Below, one piece after another: positions 1-10,301 of a stretch of DNA of 64,000 nt. Where the stretch lies: positions 96,001-160,000 of the forward strand of contig OZ223236.1 of NCBI GenBank assembly GCA_965140445.1. Reading direction: 5' to 3'. How positions within the stretch are numbered: the stretch's first letter is position 1; each line of letters begins with the position of its first letter. Position numbers and translations under genes: made by a program. This stretch comes from Candidatus Ozemobacteraceae bacterium (GTDB lineage: Bacteria; Muiribacteriota; Ozemobacteria; Ozemobacterales; Ozemobacteraceae). The notes below the pieces were generated by a model, which saw nothing but the letters and a program-made list of their open reading frames with translations, was not told the origin of the DNA and did not search any database.

Positions 1-109
1 TGGCTTTTAAATAATCTTCCAGCTCAGTTTTCAACTGGGCTTCATTTCTAAGTTGCTTAGAAGCCTTTTCAATTTTTTCCGATCTTCTTGTTTTTGTTGT
101 TCTGGGCAC
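1..109 (-). CDS. 5' end of an unknown protein running off the left edge (MPRTTKTRRSEKIEKASKQLRNEAQLKTELEDYLKA...)
   Basis: GTG at 109 preceded by GGAGG, open frame to the edge, sigma70-like promoter upstream; not in the ORF track. Confidence 0.7.
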   Translation of the reverse strand, partial: MPRTTKTRRSEKIEKASKQLRNEAQLKTELEDYLKA

Positions 110-130
110 GGGTACCTCCGTAAGAACTCT

Positions 131-159
131 ATTGTAATTCAGCACAGATAGAGTGTCAA
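131..159 (-). promoter_or_regulatory. sigma70-type promoter TTGACA-N17-TACAAT
   Basis: near-consensus hexamers, 17-bp spacer, upstream of the GTG at 109. Confidence 0.65.
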
Positions 160-216
160 TCTTATCTACTCCCCTGAGATATAAATTAAATCCTATATTG
201 AAAGCATATTTTAATG

Positions 217-245
217 TTGCCCATATTACCTCTTGTAGGTAGAAT
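217..245 (+). promoter_or_regulatory. sigma70-type promoter TTGCCC-N17-TAGAAT
   Basis: 17-bp spacer, upstream of 291. Confidence 0.45.
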
Positions 246-290
246 TGAAATGTTGGTTATCATAGGAAGCTTTTCATCAGGAAATATTAG

Positions 291-3062
291 ATGACAATTT
301 TGCGGTCTGCTTTAAGCGCAGCCCTTGGTTTAATACCGAAGCCTGCCTTATTAATAAATGGGCAATTAAAAATCGTTTCTGCAAATCAGAAATTTCTTTC
401 TGTTTTTAATTTTTCTGAAAAAGAGTTGTTCGACACATCACTTCCTCTTGCCAGGAATGATTGTTTTTTTGGTGCGGGCTTATTAACTTTTATTGATCAA
501 GCTAAGTCCAAAAAAGAAAACACATTTTCTTCGCCCGTTTCAGGGATAACCAATAAAATCCTTCAAGTTGAAATAACCAAATTTTTTGATGAATACGCCA
601 ACAATTTCTTCATTATTTCTATAGAGTCTGAAAATTCTCAAACAGAATTGATTTTAAAAGATGAGGTAAAACTTCGCGAAGCCAGGCTTAGAAGCTTAAT
701 TAGCATTCTTGAGTTTGAGACAGATAATATTCAGGATTTTTTAGATTTTTCATTGAGCGAGGCCATTAAGCTTACTCAAAGTAAACTCGGCTATATCTAT
801 TATTACAATGAAGACAGAAAAGAATTCACCCTTAACAGCTGGTCTAAGGAAGTAATGAAAGAATGCACGATAGTTGAATATGAAACGACATATCAACTTT
901 CAGAAACCGGAATTTGGGGTGAAGCAGTAAGACAAAGAAAAGAAATAATTGTTAATGATTATCATGCAGCCAACTCACTGAAAAAGGGTTACCCAGAAGG
1001 GCACGCACCCCTGCATAATTTCATGACTTTACCTATTTTCAGCGCAAATAAAATAGTCGCAGTTGTTGGCCTTGCAAATAAAGAGCAAGACTACAATCAA
1101 ACCGATGTTTTGCAAATAAAGCTTTTAATGAATTCTGTATGGAAAGAAGTGGAAAAAAAGAAATCGCAAGATGAACTGGAAGACATGCAATCTGCGCTGC
1201 ATACAAGTCTGAATGAACTTTATGTTTTTGACATCAAAACCCTTAAGTTTGACTATGTCAGCCGAGGTGCAGCAACCAATCTTGGTTATTCCAATACCGA
1301 TCTTACACATATGTCCCCCCTAGACATTATCAGCAATATTGACGAAAGTAGATTCAGAAATATCTTAGAGCCCCTCATTAGTGGCAAAAGATCGGTAATC
1401 TATTTTGAGGGAAAGCATCTCAGAAAAGATGGTTCAGAATACCCAATAGAAGTAAATTTACAGCTATTCAAGCAAAAAAACCGTAACGTTATCCTTGCCA
1501 TGATAGTGGATATAACCAGTAAAAAGTGGGCCGAAAAAGCTTTAATTGCAAATGAAAAAAGTATAAAAAATCTCAACCGGGAATTTCAAGCCATACTCGA
1601 TGCAATTCCAGATTGCTTATATCTATTATCTAATGATCTGAAAGTTGTTTGGGCAAACCAGGGAGCCGGGAAAAATTTTAATGTTAAGCCAGAAGATCTT
1701 ATTGGAAAAAAATGCCATGAACTTTGGTTTAGCAGCAACAAGCAGTGTGAGATCTGTCCCGTTAGGAAAAGCCTAAAGACAAGAGAACTTGCCTCTAAAA
1801 CCCTCCAAACTCCAGATGGTAGAACATGGGATTTTAGAACCGTACCTATAACTGACGAAAAGGGAAATGTTCAAGGAGTTGTACAACTAGGCAGAGACAT
1901 TTCTGAAAGAAGCAAGCTTGAAGAACAACTTCTCCACTCCCAGAAAATGGACGCCGTTGGGAGATTAGCTGGTGGAGTAGCCCACGACTTTAACAATATG
2001 CTAAATGTAATTATCGGCTATTCTGAATTCGCTAAAGATCGCGTAGATCCTAAAACACCTCTGTATCATGATTTAGATGAAATTCTTTCCGCTGCCAAAA
2101 GATCGATCTCTTTAACCAAGCAACTTTTAGCTTTTGCCAGAAAGCAAACCATTGCACCAAGTGTAGTAGACATTAATAAGCTGATTTCTGATCTGGAAAA
2201 AATGCTAAAACGCCTCATTGGTGAAAATATAAGTCTAAAATTCATACCTGGAAATGACATATGGTCTGTAAAAGTCGATTCTTCTCAAATCGATCAGATC
2301 TTAGCAAATCTTTCAGTTAATGCAAGGGATGCAATAGGAGCCGCAGGGCACATTACCATAGAAACAAGCAATATCCACCTCGAAAAAGATTTTCCATCTA
2401 AAAACGTGGACTTTCAGCCAGGAGATTATGTGGTAATTAATTTTAGTGACTCTGGCGAAGGCATCGAAAAAAAGGTGTTAGATAGTATTTTTGAGCCATT
2501 CTTTACTACCAAACCAAAAGGTGAAGGAACCGGGCTCGGTCTTGCCACTGTTTATGGAATAGTCAAACAAAACCGCGGAATGATAAACGTTTACAGCGAA
2601 GTAGGACGCGGAACCACTTTTAAAATATATCTCCCTCGCCATCAAGGTTCTTTAACAAAAATACAACCCAGTGAAAAAGCCAAGCAGATAACTGGTACAG
2701 AAACCATCCTTATCGTAGAAGATGAAGTTCAATTCCTGATTTTGTGCAAAAAATGGCTATCTAAAAGAGGCTTTAATGTCCTTTCCGCTTCATGCCCCAG
2801 TGAGGCCATAAGTATAGCGAAAGAGAATTCTGATAAGATACAGATTTTAGTTACAGACGTAATCTTGCCAGAAATGAATGGTAATATTCTGGGAGAAAAA
2901 CTTAAAGAAATAATTCCAGGTTTAAAAACTCTTTATATGTCAGGCTATACTTCTACGGCGATCGAAAAACAGGGAATAACGGACATAGGAAAAGACTTTA
3001 TTCAAAAACCATTCAACTTTAGCACTTTCGGACAAACAATTAGATCAATTTTAGATAGATAA
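291..3062 (+). CDS. cytoplasmic hybrid sensor histidine kinase (GAF-PAS-PAS-HisKA-HATPase-REC)
   Basis: H-box [12 protein letters not shown]-box [23 protein letters not shown], receiver ILIVEDE...TDVILP...KPF. Confidence 0.95.
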   Translation: MTILRSALSAALGLIPKPALLINGQLKIVSANQKFLSVFNFSEKELFDTSLPLARNDCFFGAGLLTFIDQAKSKKENTFSSPVSGITNKILQVEITKFFDEYANNFFIISIESENSQTELILKDEVKLREARLRSLISILEFETDNIQDFLDFSLSEAIKLTQSKLGYIYYYNEDRKEFTLNSWSKEVMKECTIVEYETTYQLSETGIWGEAVRQRKEIIVNDYHAANSLKKGYPEGHAPLHNFMTLPIFSANKIVAVVGLANKEQDYNQTDVLQIKLLMNSVWKEVEKKKSQDELEDMQSALHTSLNELYVFDIKTLKFDYVSRGAATNLGYSNTDLTHMSPLDIISNIDESRFRNILEPLISGKRSVIYFEGKHLRKDGSEYPIEVNLQLFKQKNRNVILAMIVDITSKKWAEKALIANEKSIKNLNREFQAILDAIPDCLYLLSNDLKVVWANQGAGKNFNVKPEDLIGKKCHELWFSSNKQCEICPVRKSLKTRELASKTLQTPDGRTWDFRTVPITDEKGNVQGVVQLGRDISERSKLEEQLLHSQKMDAVGRLAGGVAHDFNNMLNVIIGYSEFAKDRVDPKTPLYHDLDEILSAAKRSISLTKQLLAFARKQTIAPSVVDINKLISDLEKMLKRLIGENISLKFIPGNDIWSVKVDSSQIDQILANLSVNARDAIGAAGHITIETSNIHLEKDFPSKNVDFQPGDYVVINFSDSGEGIEKKVLDSIFEPFFTTKPKGEGTGLGLATVYGIVKQNRGMINVYSEVGRGTTFKIYLPRHQGSLTKIQPSEKAKQITGTETILIVEDEVQFLILCKKWLSKRGFNVLSASCPSEAISIAKENSDKIQILVTDVILPEMNGNILGEKLKEIIPGLKTLYMSGYTSTAIEKQGITDIGKDFIQKPFNFSTFGQTIRSILDR

Positions 3063-3072
3063 ACTTCTAAAA

Positions 3073-3435
3073 TTATCCCCCGGATCTTTTCACTACCCAA
3101 CCGTATTTTTTCAATTCCACCATAATCATTTCGCAATGATCCCCCTGAATTTCAACTGTTCCATCTTTTACGGTACCACCAGACCCACACCTGGCTTTTA
3201 ATTCTTTTGCGAGTTTTTTAACTTCTTCTATGCCAAGAGGAATACCTGTAATCACAGTGACCCCTTTACCCTTTCTACCTTTTGTTTCTCGCCTGACTCT
3301 TACTACACCATCATTTTTACTTATATTCTGAGTCTTTTTACAGGAACAATTTGCAGTTTGCTTTTCACATTTTGGACAAATCCTTCCCAGTTCAGAAGAG
3401 TAAACCAGGGAACTGTTTTTTTGATTATTGCTCAT
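3073..3435 (-). CDS. yciH: SUI1/YciH translation initiation factor-like protein
   Basis: LVYSS N-terminus, KGRKGKGVTVI, LKARCGSGGTVKDG, EIQGDH. Confidence 0.92.
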   Translation of the reverse strand: MSNNQKNSSLVYSSELGRICPKCEKQTANCSCKKTQNISKNDGVVRVRRETKGRKGKGVTVITGIPLGIEEVKKLAKELKARCGSGGTVKDGTVEIQGDHCEMIMVELKKYGWVVKRSGG

Positions 3436-3562
3436 AATTGAAAATTCCTTGGGATTTCAAGATTTGGCTATTCTAGCAGAATGTAATAATTCTTTGAATA
3501 AGTTTTCTCAACTATTGAATTGCAAAATTTATTGCGGTACTCTGTCACTAGAAGGTGACAAT

Positions 3563-4204
3563 ATGGCAGTGATTAAGCGAAACAAAGAAGCCACCAGACA
3601 ACGGTTAATAAACTCTGTTGGCAAAGTTATAAAAGAAGAAGGCTTTCACAAAGCTGGAGTAAATTCTGTTGCGCGTGCTGCTGGAGTCGATAAAGTCCTT
3701 ATTTACAGGTATTTTGGCAGCATTAACGAACTAATCAAGACCTATGTCATTGAAAAAGATTTTTTTATTCAATTGCACAAGAAGTTCGAGGGAGTTTCCT
3801 CGGCAAAAACAGCAGAAGGTTTTGTTAAACAATTTGAAACAATCTGCTTCGAACAGCTTGATCATCTTTTAAGAAATCCCGAGTTACAAGAGTTTCTTCT
3901 CTGGGAGTTATCTGAAAACAATCCAATTACGCAGGAAATTGCCGCGATAAGAGAGATTGAGGGACTAAAAGTTTACAATAGATTTTCAGACGAGAATCAG
4001 ATTGAAAGATTTGATTATGAAGCTATTTTCAGTATTTTTACATCAGCCATTTATTACCTGGTTCTGCGCTCAAGAAAATCAGAGGTTTTTAACGGCATCT
4101 CATTGCGTTCTTCACTAGGCTGGCGAAGGATAAAAATGGCGATTTCTACAGTTGCCCAAAGTCTTGCATTTAAAGCTTATCCACCACCAGAAAACGATTA
4201 TTGA
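3563..4204 (+). CDS. TetR/AcrR family regulator
   Basis: HTH GVNSVARAAGVDKVLIYRYFGS; start moved to ATG 3563 after GAAGGTGA. Confidence 0.9.
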   Translation: MAVIKRNKEATRQRLINSVGKVIKEEGFHKAGVNSVARAAGVDKVLIYRYFGSINELIKTYVIEKDFFIQLHKKFEGVSSAKTAEGFVKQFETICFEQLDHLLRNPELQEFLLWELSENNPITQEIAAIREIEGLKVYNRFSDENQIERFDYEAIFSIFTSAIYYLVLRSRKSEVFNGISLRSSLGWRRIKMAISTVAQSLAFKAYPPPENDY

Positions 4205-4220
4205 ATTTGTTTTGAATAAA

Positions 4221-4250
4221 AAAATCTCGGGTGTAAACACCCGAGATTTT
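4221..4250. terminator. bidirectional intrinsic terminator
   Basis: perfect 13-bp IR AAAATCTCGGGTG/CACCCGAGATTTT between convergent genes. Confidence 0.85.
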
Positions 4251-4262
4251 GAAACCCCAAAA

Positions 4263-5180
4263 TTAATTTACTGGCTTGAAAAGCTTTCGTAACTCAACAG
4301 AGTTCATCCTGTCTTTTTCCGAGATTTCCTCCCAGTTGGGAGAAACCACAAGCATCTTTTCAATTTCACTTCTAATCGGTTCATTGGCAATAGCAGTTCG
4401 TGCAAAAATAGCTTTCATAACCTGTGATGCTACTATTACAGCACTAAAAGCGCCTGGATCTTGATAGCTTGTAATATCAAGTCCAGATGATGCCAATTCA
4501 ACTTCCGGGTATAAGAACCAATCAGCTGATACCTCAACATCAAAAAGAATTTTGTTAAAACTCAAAACTGGAATTTCATTATCCTTTACATACAATTTGA
4601 AACTTTTTACAGAATTTTTAGCCCCTTCAGTCTCAAAAACAGCCTCACATCGCGCACCTTGCGAAGTTGTCCCTGAGAAGGAAATTCCGTCTTCACCCTT
4701 AATTCCTTTTAAATCACTCTTAACCCGACCAAATAAAGAAACAAGATCAAGATTTATTTTATTATTAATCTTACCCTCAACCGGCATATTAAAAGCAAAG
4801 TTCGCATTGAACTGGTTCCCCTGAGGCACTAGTTCAAAAAAAGCTCCAACAGGCTTTACAACTGTTACTGCTGCAGAAATCGGGTCATAAATCATAGCTT
4901 TTTTATCAGCAACAACCAAAACCGGAGTCATATCAGACTTATCAAACACTCGAAGAGAATAACTATCCGAGGCCGCATATCTTACCTGGCAAAGCAAATT
5001 TAAAGGCAATGGCAAATTCATTTCCAGGTCAAAGCTTAAGCTATTAAAATTATTCTCCGGCAAAGAAATACAATTAACTGAATCTTTTAGTTTTAAAATA
5101 TCTTCGGCGGGTAAAACTTGAGCGCTCGCAATGCTCGTCACAAAAAAAAGTCCTGCAAAAAACAACAAAATTCTTTTCAT
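4263..5180 (-). CDS. exported hypothetical protein (beta-rich)
   Basis: signal peptide MKRILLFFAGLFFVTSIASA from ATG 5180. Confidence 0.75.
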   Translation of the reverse strand: MKRILLFFAGLFFVTSIASAQVLPAEDILKLKDSVNCISLPENNFNSLSFDLEMNLPLPLNLLCQVRYAASDSYSLRVFDKSDMTPVLVVADKKAMIYDPISAAVTVVKPVGAFFELVPQGNQFNANFAFNMPVEGKINNKINLDLVSLFGRVKSDLKGIKGEDGISFSGTTSQGARCEAVFETEGAKNSVKSFKLYVKDNEIPVLSFNKILFDVEVSADWFLYPEVELASSGLDITSYQDPGAFSAVIVASQVMKAIFARTAIANEPIRSEIEKMLVVSPNWEEISEKDRMNSVELRKLFKPVN

Positions 5181-5217
5181 TCTATACCAACTTCTTATTA
5201 ATTTTTCATTCTTCAAG

Positions 5218-6909
5218 TCATATAAAAAGCTCTGGAAAAGACTCTTTAACCTCTTGAGGATTTACAAACATGGTTTTCTGGTGAGTATAAGAAACTCTGC
5301 CAGGGCCGCCACCAGGGATTTTCTTCACAAATGCAACGTCAGTATTGTCTACAGCAACTTTACTACTGTCTCTGGCAAAACTGAACCACGCAGCAAGAAC
5401 AGCTCCCCTATAAATATCATCCTCGGTAATTTGTCCTTCCAGTTTTTTCAAAATAACATGACTGCCAGGTACATCGTTGGCGTGGAACCACCAATCACCT
5501 TTTTTGGCAATTTGAAAAGTCAGAATATCATTCTGACGGCAATTTCTTCCTACAAAAAAACGGCAATTATCTTTTTCTACCAAAGCTTCAGCGCTGGCCT
5601 TTTTCCGCTTTCCGCTTTTCTCTTTTTTACTTTTTTCCTTTTTTGGCTTTCTGCTCTCAACTTCAACAATCAGATCCGATTCATTTGAAGCAATTTCGGA
5701 TAACCAGATCTGTTCCTGCAGATATTTTATTTCCCCTTCAAGCTTCTTCATTCTTGCGGAAACTTCTGCTAATCCTCTATGAGCTTTTTTACACAGATGA
5801 AAAAAGCGCTCAGCATTTGCCGCTGGCGTTTTGATTGGATCAAGATTAATTTTCACGTCCTCGCCAGTTTCCCAGTCTTGAACAGATAAAAGCGCCTGCC
5901 TAGGCTTAATTTGATGAATATTACTGAGAACATACTCACCCATTTTTTTATACTTGTCGCCACCCTGATATTTTTCAAACAAAGCTTTCTGATCTTCAAG
6001 AAGCCTTAATTTATGCTTTAAATCTTTCTGCAACCTTGCAATAACACGCTTTCTAATTTCTTCCAGGCGCCGGTTCTGAACAAGATCAAATTCGATGTAC
6101 AATAGCGCTTCATTGAAGGTTTTAAAAGTCAGACAACTAAAACTCCCAGGTAAATGCTTAAGTTCAATTGGGCTAAGCGCTTTAACTTTTTCATTTTCCA
6201 GATATAAATAGCAGGCATCTGAATTCACGCACTCAGAGATACAGTCATGAAAAACGTTCTCAGGAAGTATTGCTCCACGATTCTTCAACCTGAATATAAG
6301 CTCCTTTGACAATTGAGGGGAAAAACCACCGATCCTGTCTCGCCACTCGGAAGCTGGCAGATGCAAAGTTTCCAACAGCTTCTCTTTTGGAGGGTTAAAA
6401 GGAGTTAAAATCTCTACTGAATCCGGAAGGCTGTAGGCTGCCTTCAGGCGGTTATTCGAAGTATTTTGCGCCATTTCCAGAACATTTTCTTCTTCATCAC
6501 AAACAAGAATATTTGAAACTCTGCCTGTAAGTTCGCAAATCAAACCATATCTGGTTTTGCTTCCAAAAAAATCGTCTTTGATAATCAAATTAATTACCAG
6601 AACCCGGTCAAATTCACCTTTGGACTCATCCCCCAAAAGCTTTATGTTTGCGATTCTTCCATTTGTTAAAAGCCGATTTAATGCACGGCAAAAATTGTTT
6701 GATGAATCAACCTCTTCCCATTTTTCAGAAAACCAAATACCCTGATTAGTTGTTTGAAGCTGGATGCTTAAACATCCCCAACCATCTCTTCTCTTTAGAA
6801 TTAGCCCAATTGCGTTTCCCGTAAGCTGACAGGCACGCGCAACCAGAGGATGATCAGACAACTCCTCAGAGAGTTGTCTGACATGTTTTCTCAGAGAAAA
6901 ATAATCCAT
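5218..6909 (-). CDS. rqcH: RqcH/NFACT (Rqc2/FbpA family) ribosome quality-control factor
   Basis: FDRVL and ELTGRVSN motifs, coiled coils, NAERFF, NFACT-R VGRN..QND...WFHANDVPGSHVIL. Confidence 0.88.
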   Translation of the reverse strand: MDYFSLRKHVRQLSEELSDHPLVARACQLTGNAIGLILKRRDGWGCLSIQLQTTNQGIWFSEKWEEVDSSNNFCRALNRLLTNGRIANIKLLGDESKGEFDRVLVINLIIKDDFFGSKTRYGLICELTGRVSNILVCDEEENVLEMAQNTSNNRLKAAYSLPDSVEILTPFNPPKEKLLETLHLPASEWRDRIGGFSPQLSKELIFRLKNRGAILPENVFHDCISECVNSDACYLYLENEKVKALSPIELKHLPGSFSCLTFKTFNEALLYIEFDLVQNRRLEEIRKRVIARLQKDLKHKLRLLEDQKALFEKYQGGDKYKKMGEYVLSNIHQIKPRQALLSVQDWETGEDVKINLDPIKTPAANAERFFHLCKKAHRGLAEVSARMKKLEGEIKYLQEQIWLSEIASNESDLIVEVESRKPKKEKSKKEKSGKRKKASAEALVEKDNCRFFVGRNCRQNDILTFQIAKKGDWWFHANDVPGSHVILKKLEGQITEDDIYRGAVLAAWFSFARDSSKVAVDNTDVAFVKKIPGGGPGRVSYTHQKTMFVNPQEVKESFPELFI

Positions 6910-6922
6910 AAATTAAGTAAAA

Positions 6923-7897
6923 TCAGGGAATTAATGCTGGAAAAAGCGCTCGTCCCTTGAATGGAATAACTCCGCGATCTTTATCGATCCCATTACGTTT
7001 TACTGCTATTCCAGGCACGCTGTCAGGGCTCATCACGCCATAAACCCAGGCTTTGCCATCATAAAGAGTGGGCCCGAAAAATTCCTGATCATTAACAACC
7101 AGACTTCCTTTGCCTTTTCCTGAAAGAGAATATCTTAGTGGCGTTCTATCTGTATTTCCTCGTACAGCAGTAAAAATTAGCATGCGATTCCCATCTTTGT
7201 CTGAGATAACTGAAGGCATCGTGGCTTTGAAACCCAAGGCTTTACCATCAGGTCCGAAGTAACTTTCCCCGCCAGCAACTCTTAGATGTTTGCCATTCTT
7301 AATGTCGTATATAAAAATCGTAGATTTGGTAATTTTTCCAACCATTGGATCAGAATATTCAATCTGAGCATATGCCAAAAGGTTTTCTGAAAGCCAAACC
7401 GGTCTATCAACCGAAAGAACAGTTTCAGAGTTTTCAAGCCCCTGAAGCTTGTCGCTGTCAATAATTACACTCTGCTGCTTTTTCGCTGGGTCCAAAAGCA
7501 CTATTTTTGTATGAGAAAGAAAGTCTTCCGGGTCTGGAGCATATCGGACAGCTATCTTTGAGCTATCTGGACTAAAAGTGGGATTAGCATAAGCTCCCAT
7601 TCCTGCACTTACATCAACAATTTTTGCATCTGAATCGGGGCCAAATGCTTTTAAATAAAGAGAGTTCGCTCCCGCCACATCAGATATAAAAGCCAGCTTT
7701 TTGCCATCCGGTGAAACTGTTGGCATCAACTCATTGGCTGATGTTTTGGTGATTCGATTTACAATAGTTAAATCTTTGTCGGTTTTAAACAGGTCGAACT
7801 GTCCGTCTATTTCACCGGAAAAAACTATTTCTGTGGCAGATGCTGAAACAGCAATTAAACAGCTCAGCAAAATTATTGTCATCTTACTAAATTTCAT
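6923..7897 (-). CDS. exported TolB-like (PD40 repeat) protein
   Basis: signal peptide; PTVSPDGKKLAFIS and PTFSPDSSKIA repeats. Confidence 0.75.
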   Translation of the reverse strand: MKFSKMTIILLSCLIAVSASATEIVFSGEIDGQFDLFKTDKDLTIVNRITKTSANELMPTVSPDGKKLAFISDVAGANSLYLKAFGPDSDAKIVDVSAGMGAYANPTFSPDSSKIAVRYAPDPEDFLSHTKIVLLDPAKKQQSVIIDSDKLQGLENSETVLSVDRPVWLSENLLAYAQIEYSDPMVGKITKSTIFIYDIKNGKHLRVAGGESYFGPDGKALGFKATMPSVISDKDGNRMLIFTAVRGNTDRTPLRYSLSGKGKGSLVVNDQEFFGPTLYDGKAWVYGVMSPDSVPGIAVKRNGIDKDRGVIPFKGRALFPALIP

Positions 7898-8086
7898 AAC
7901 TGGCCTCCCAATCTTTTAGGCAAACTAACGCAGTATTTTGTTGATTCTAACACAAACAAGCCTACCAATTATACTAGTCATAAGACAAATTAGTTTTTGT
8001 TTAAACAACTCAATCCCATTCTATCAAATTTGACTTTTTGGTACATAAGTGCTTAAATTCTTCATTCAACTAGGAGTGCCTCAGAA

Positions 8087-8821
8087 ATGCTAGACCGCCT
8101 TATAATACCAATCAGAGATTTCTATCGCCGCTTAATAGGCAAGTTATTTAACTATAGATACCAGGTTAGCTTCTCTCAATGCGGTGAGGATGTCATTGTG
8201 GACAGCGTTTTTGTTTCACTCGGAATAAAAAAGCCTTCTTATCTGGATATCGGTGCCCATCATCCAACCATGTTCAGCAATACATTTCATTTTTACCAGA
8301 AGGGAAGCACTGGCGTGTGTGTAGAACCCGATCCAGTACTTTACCGACGAATAAAGAAATTCCGCCCACTCGACACATGCTTAAACGTTGGATTAAGTGA
8401 CAGCAGTAACTCCTCTGCGAAGTTCTACGTTATGAACAACCCTACTCTAAACACTTTTTCAGAGGAAGAAGCTCAGCGATATAATAAAGATGGAATTCAC
8501 CACATTGATAAAACGATCGAAATTCCACTTTTAACAGTTAATGAGATTATAGAAAAGCACTTTTCGGGCAAAAGTCCAGATTTCGTCTCCCTGGACATTG
8601 AGGGATGGGAAATGAAAATTTTAAACTCTTATGATTTCAAGAGATTTAAACCGGTAATATTTTGCATAGAAACCCTCACTTACAGCAAACCCGGCGAAGA
8701 AAAGAAAATCGATGAAATCATTGATTTCATGAAAAATCAGGGCTACATCCTTTATGCCGACACCTATATCAACTCAATTTTTGTAGATAAAAAATTATGG
8801 GATAGCCGTAAACCATGCTAA
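8087..8821 (+). CDS. FkbM family SAM-dependent methyltransferase
   Basis: SQCGED, YLDIGAHHP..FSNT, VEPDP, SLDIEGWE. Confidence 0.9.
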   Translation: MLDRLIIPIRDFYRRLIGKLFNYRYQVSFSQCGEDVIVDSVFVSLGIKKPSYLDIGAHHPTMFSNTFHFYQKGSTGVCVEPDPVLYRRIKKFRPLDTCLNVGLSDSSNSSAKFYVMNNPTLNTFSEEEAQRYNKDGIHHIDKTIEIPLLTVNEIIEKHFSGKSPDFVSLDIEGWEMKILNSYDFKRFKPVIFCIETLTYSKPGEEKKIDEIIDFMKNQGYILYADTYINSIFVDKKLWDSRKPC

Positions 8822-9600
8822 GAAAATATATTGCACTTTTCAGGCGCACACCATTTTTTCTTCCCTTGCGCCAGCTTGCCATAGGTCTTTATAAGCTACC
8901 CTGGTTCTTAAAATCTTTAAAAAGCTTTAAAAAGTTAATTCCTGAAAATGGTTCAAGTGAGCGCCACAAAATAGAAACCGCCGAGCTGTATCCATGCCTG
9001 GGCGACGATACATCCAACACGGGCTTTGATCCTCACTACTTGTATCACATTAGCTGGGCAAGCAGGTGTGTAAGAGAAATTTCGCCAGCAAAGCACGTAG
9101 ACATATCATCTCACGTCCATTTTGTTTCGACACTTTCAGCTTTTATACCAGTGGATTTTTATGATTACCGTCCTGCTCAGATAAAACTTTCGGACCTGAC
9201 ACCAGGTGCAGCAGACTTGCTCGCCCTTCCTTTTGAAAATGATAGCATTGAAAGCCTTTCCTGCATGCATGTGATTGAGCATATCGGGCTTGGTCGCTAT
9301 GGCGACCCGCTTGATCCAGATGGAGACATTAAAGCAATAAACGAGCTTAAAAGAGTTCTGGCTCCTGGCGGCAACCTGCTATTTGTGGTCCCGGTTGGAC
9401 GCGCAAGACTTATGTTTAATGGCCATAGAATTTATTCATACGAACAGATAGCTCAGTATTTTGACGGTTTTGATTTAAAATCTTGCTCAATAGTTCCTGA
9501 CGATTGGAGTAACGGGATTTCCGAAAATCCAACTCCAGAATTTGTAAACTCCCAGGAATATGGCTGCGGCCTTTTCTGGTGGCAAAAGAAGGTAAAATAA
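8815..9600 (+). CDS. DUF268-like class I methyltransferase
   Basis: HVDISS, SLSCMHVIEHIGLGRYGDPLDP. Confidence 0.85.
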   Translation: MLRKYIALFRRTPFFLPLRQLAIGLYKLPWFLKSLKSFKKLIPENGSSERHKIETAELYPCLGDDTSNTGFDPHYLYHISWASRCVREISPAKHVDISSHVHFVSTLSAFIPVDFYDYRPAQIKLSDLTPGAADLLALPFENDSIESLSCMHVIEHIGLGRYGDPLDPDGDIKAINELKRVLAPGGNLLFVVPVGRARLMFNGHRIYSYEQIAQYFDGFDLKSCSIVPDDWSNGISENPTPEFVNSQEYGCGLFWWQKKVK

Positions 9601-10301
9601 TGAAAATTGGCACAAAAAACGAGCCTACAAGAATAAAATGGATAGAAGATACTCTGAAAAAAATTCCTGAAGGAGCCTCTATCCTTGATGCTGGAGCTGG
9701 TGAACGGCAATTTAAAAAATTCTGCTCCCATCTGAAATATTTTTGCCAGGATTTTGGCCAATACGACGGAAAAGGCGACGGAACTGCACTTCAAATGGGT
9801 TCGTGGGATCAAAAAGGCTTGGACTATGTTTGCGACATAACTTCGATCCCCGTAAAGGACGGCGAATTCGATTCTGTCATGTGCACTGAAGTGTTAGAGC
9901 ACCTTCCAGACCCAATAAGAGCTATTGAAGAAATGGCAAGAGTTACTAAACCCGGCGGACACATGCTGATTACTGCGCCTTTCGCCAGCCTTACTCACTT
10001 TTCTCCATATCATTTTGCTTCAGGATTTAATCGATATTTTTACGAGCATCATCTTGGTAGGCTGGGCTTTGAGATTGTTGAATGCACCCCAAATGGCAAT
10101 TTTTTTGAATTTGTAGCTCAAGAAATTCGCAGAATACCTTTTATAGCGCAGAACTACTCCAAACCAGTTAATAAATTTATCATCAAGCCTATAATTGGAC
10201 TTTTACTTCTTGCCTTATCTCATTTCAGTCGGCACGATAAAGGATCGCAGGAACTTCTTTGCTTCGGTTATCATGTCTTTGCCCGGAAAGTCGAAAAATA
10301 A
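9600..10301 (+). CDS. class I SAM-dependent methyltransferase (type 11)
   Basis: ILDAGAGE, CTEVLEH, KPGG; ATG overlaps the upstream TAA. Confidence 0.9.
   Translation: MKIGTKNEPTRIKWIEDTLKKIPEGASILDAGAGERQFKKFCSHLKYFCQDFGQYDGKGDGTALQMGSWDQKGLDYVCDITSIPVKDGEFDSVMCTEVLEHLPDPIRAIEEMARVTKPGGHMLITAPFASLTHFSPYHFASGFNRYFYEHHLGRLGFEIVECTPNGNFFEFVAQEIRRIPFIAQNYSKPVNKFIIKPIIGLLLLALSHFSRHDKGSQELLCFGYHVFARKVEK

Noticed and set aside
3428..3562. 45-aa N-terminal extension of the TetR ORF
   Set aside because: It overlaps the divergent yciH start; the RBS and HTH position favour ATG 3563.
4248..4276. Third TTTGAAACC match as an ECF promoter
   Set aside because: No CATA/CGTA at the expected spacing, and it points antisense into a gene end.
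5131..5688. 185-aa plus-strand ORF
   Set aside because: Antisense shadow of rqcH with no motif.
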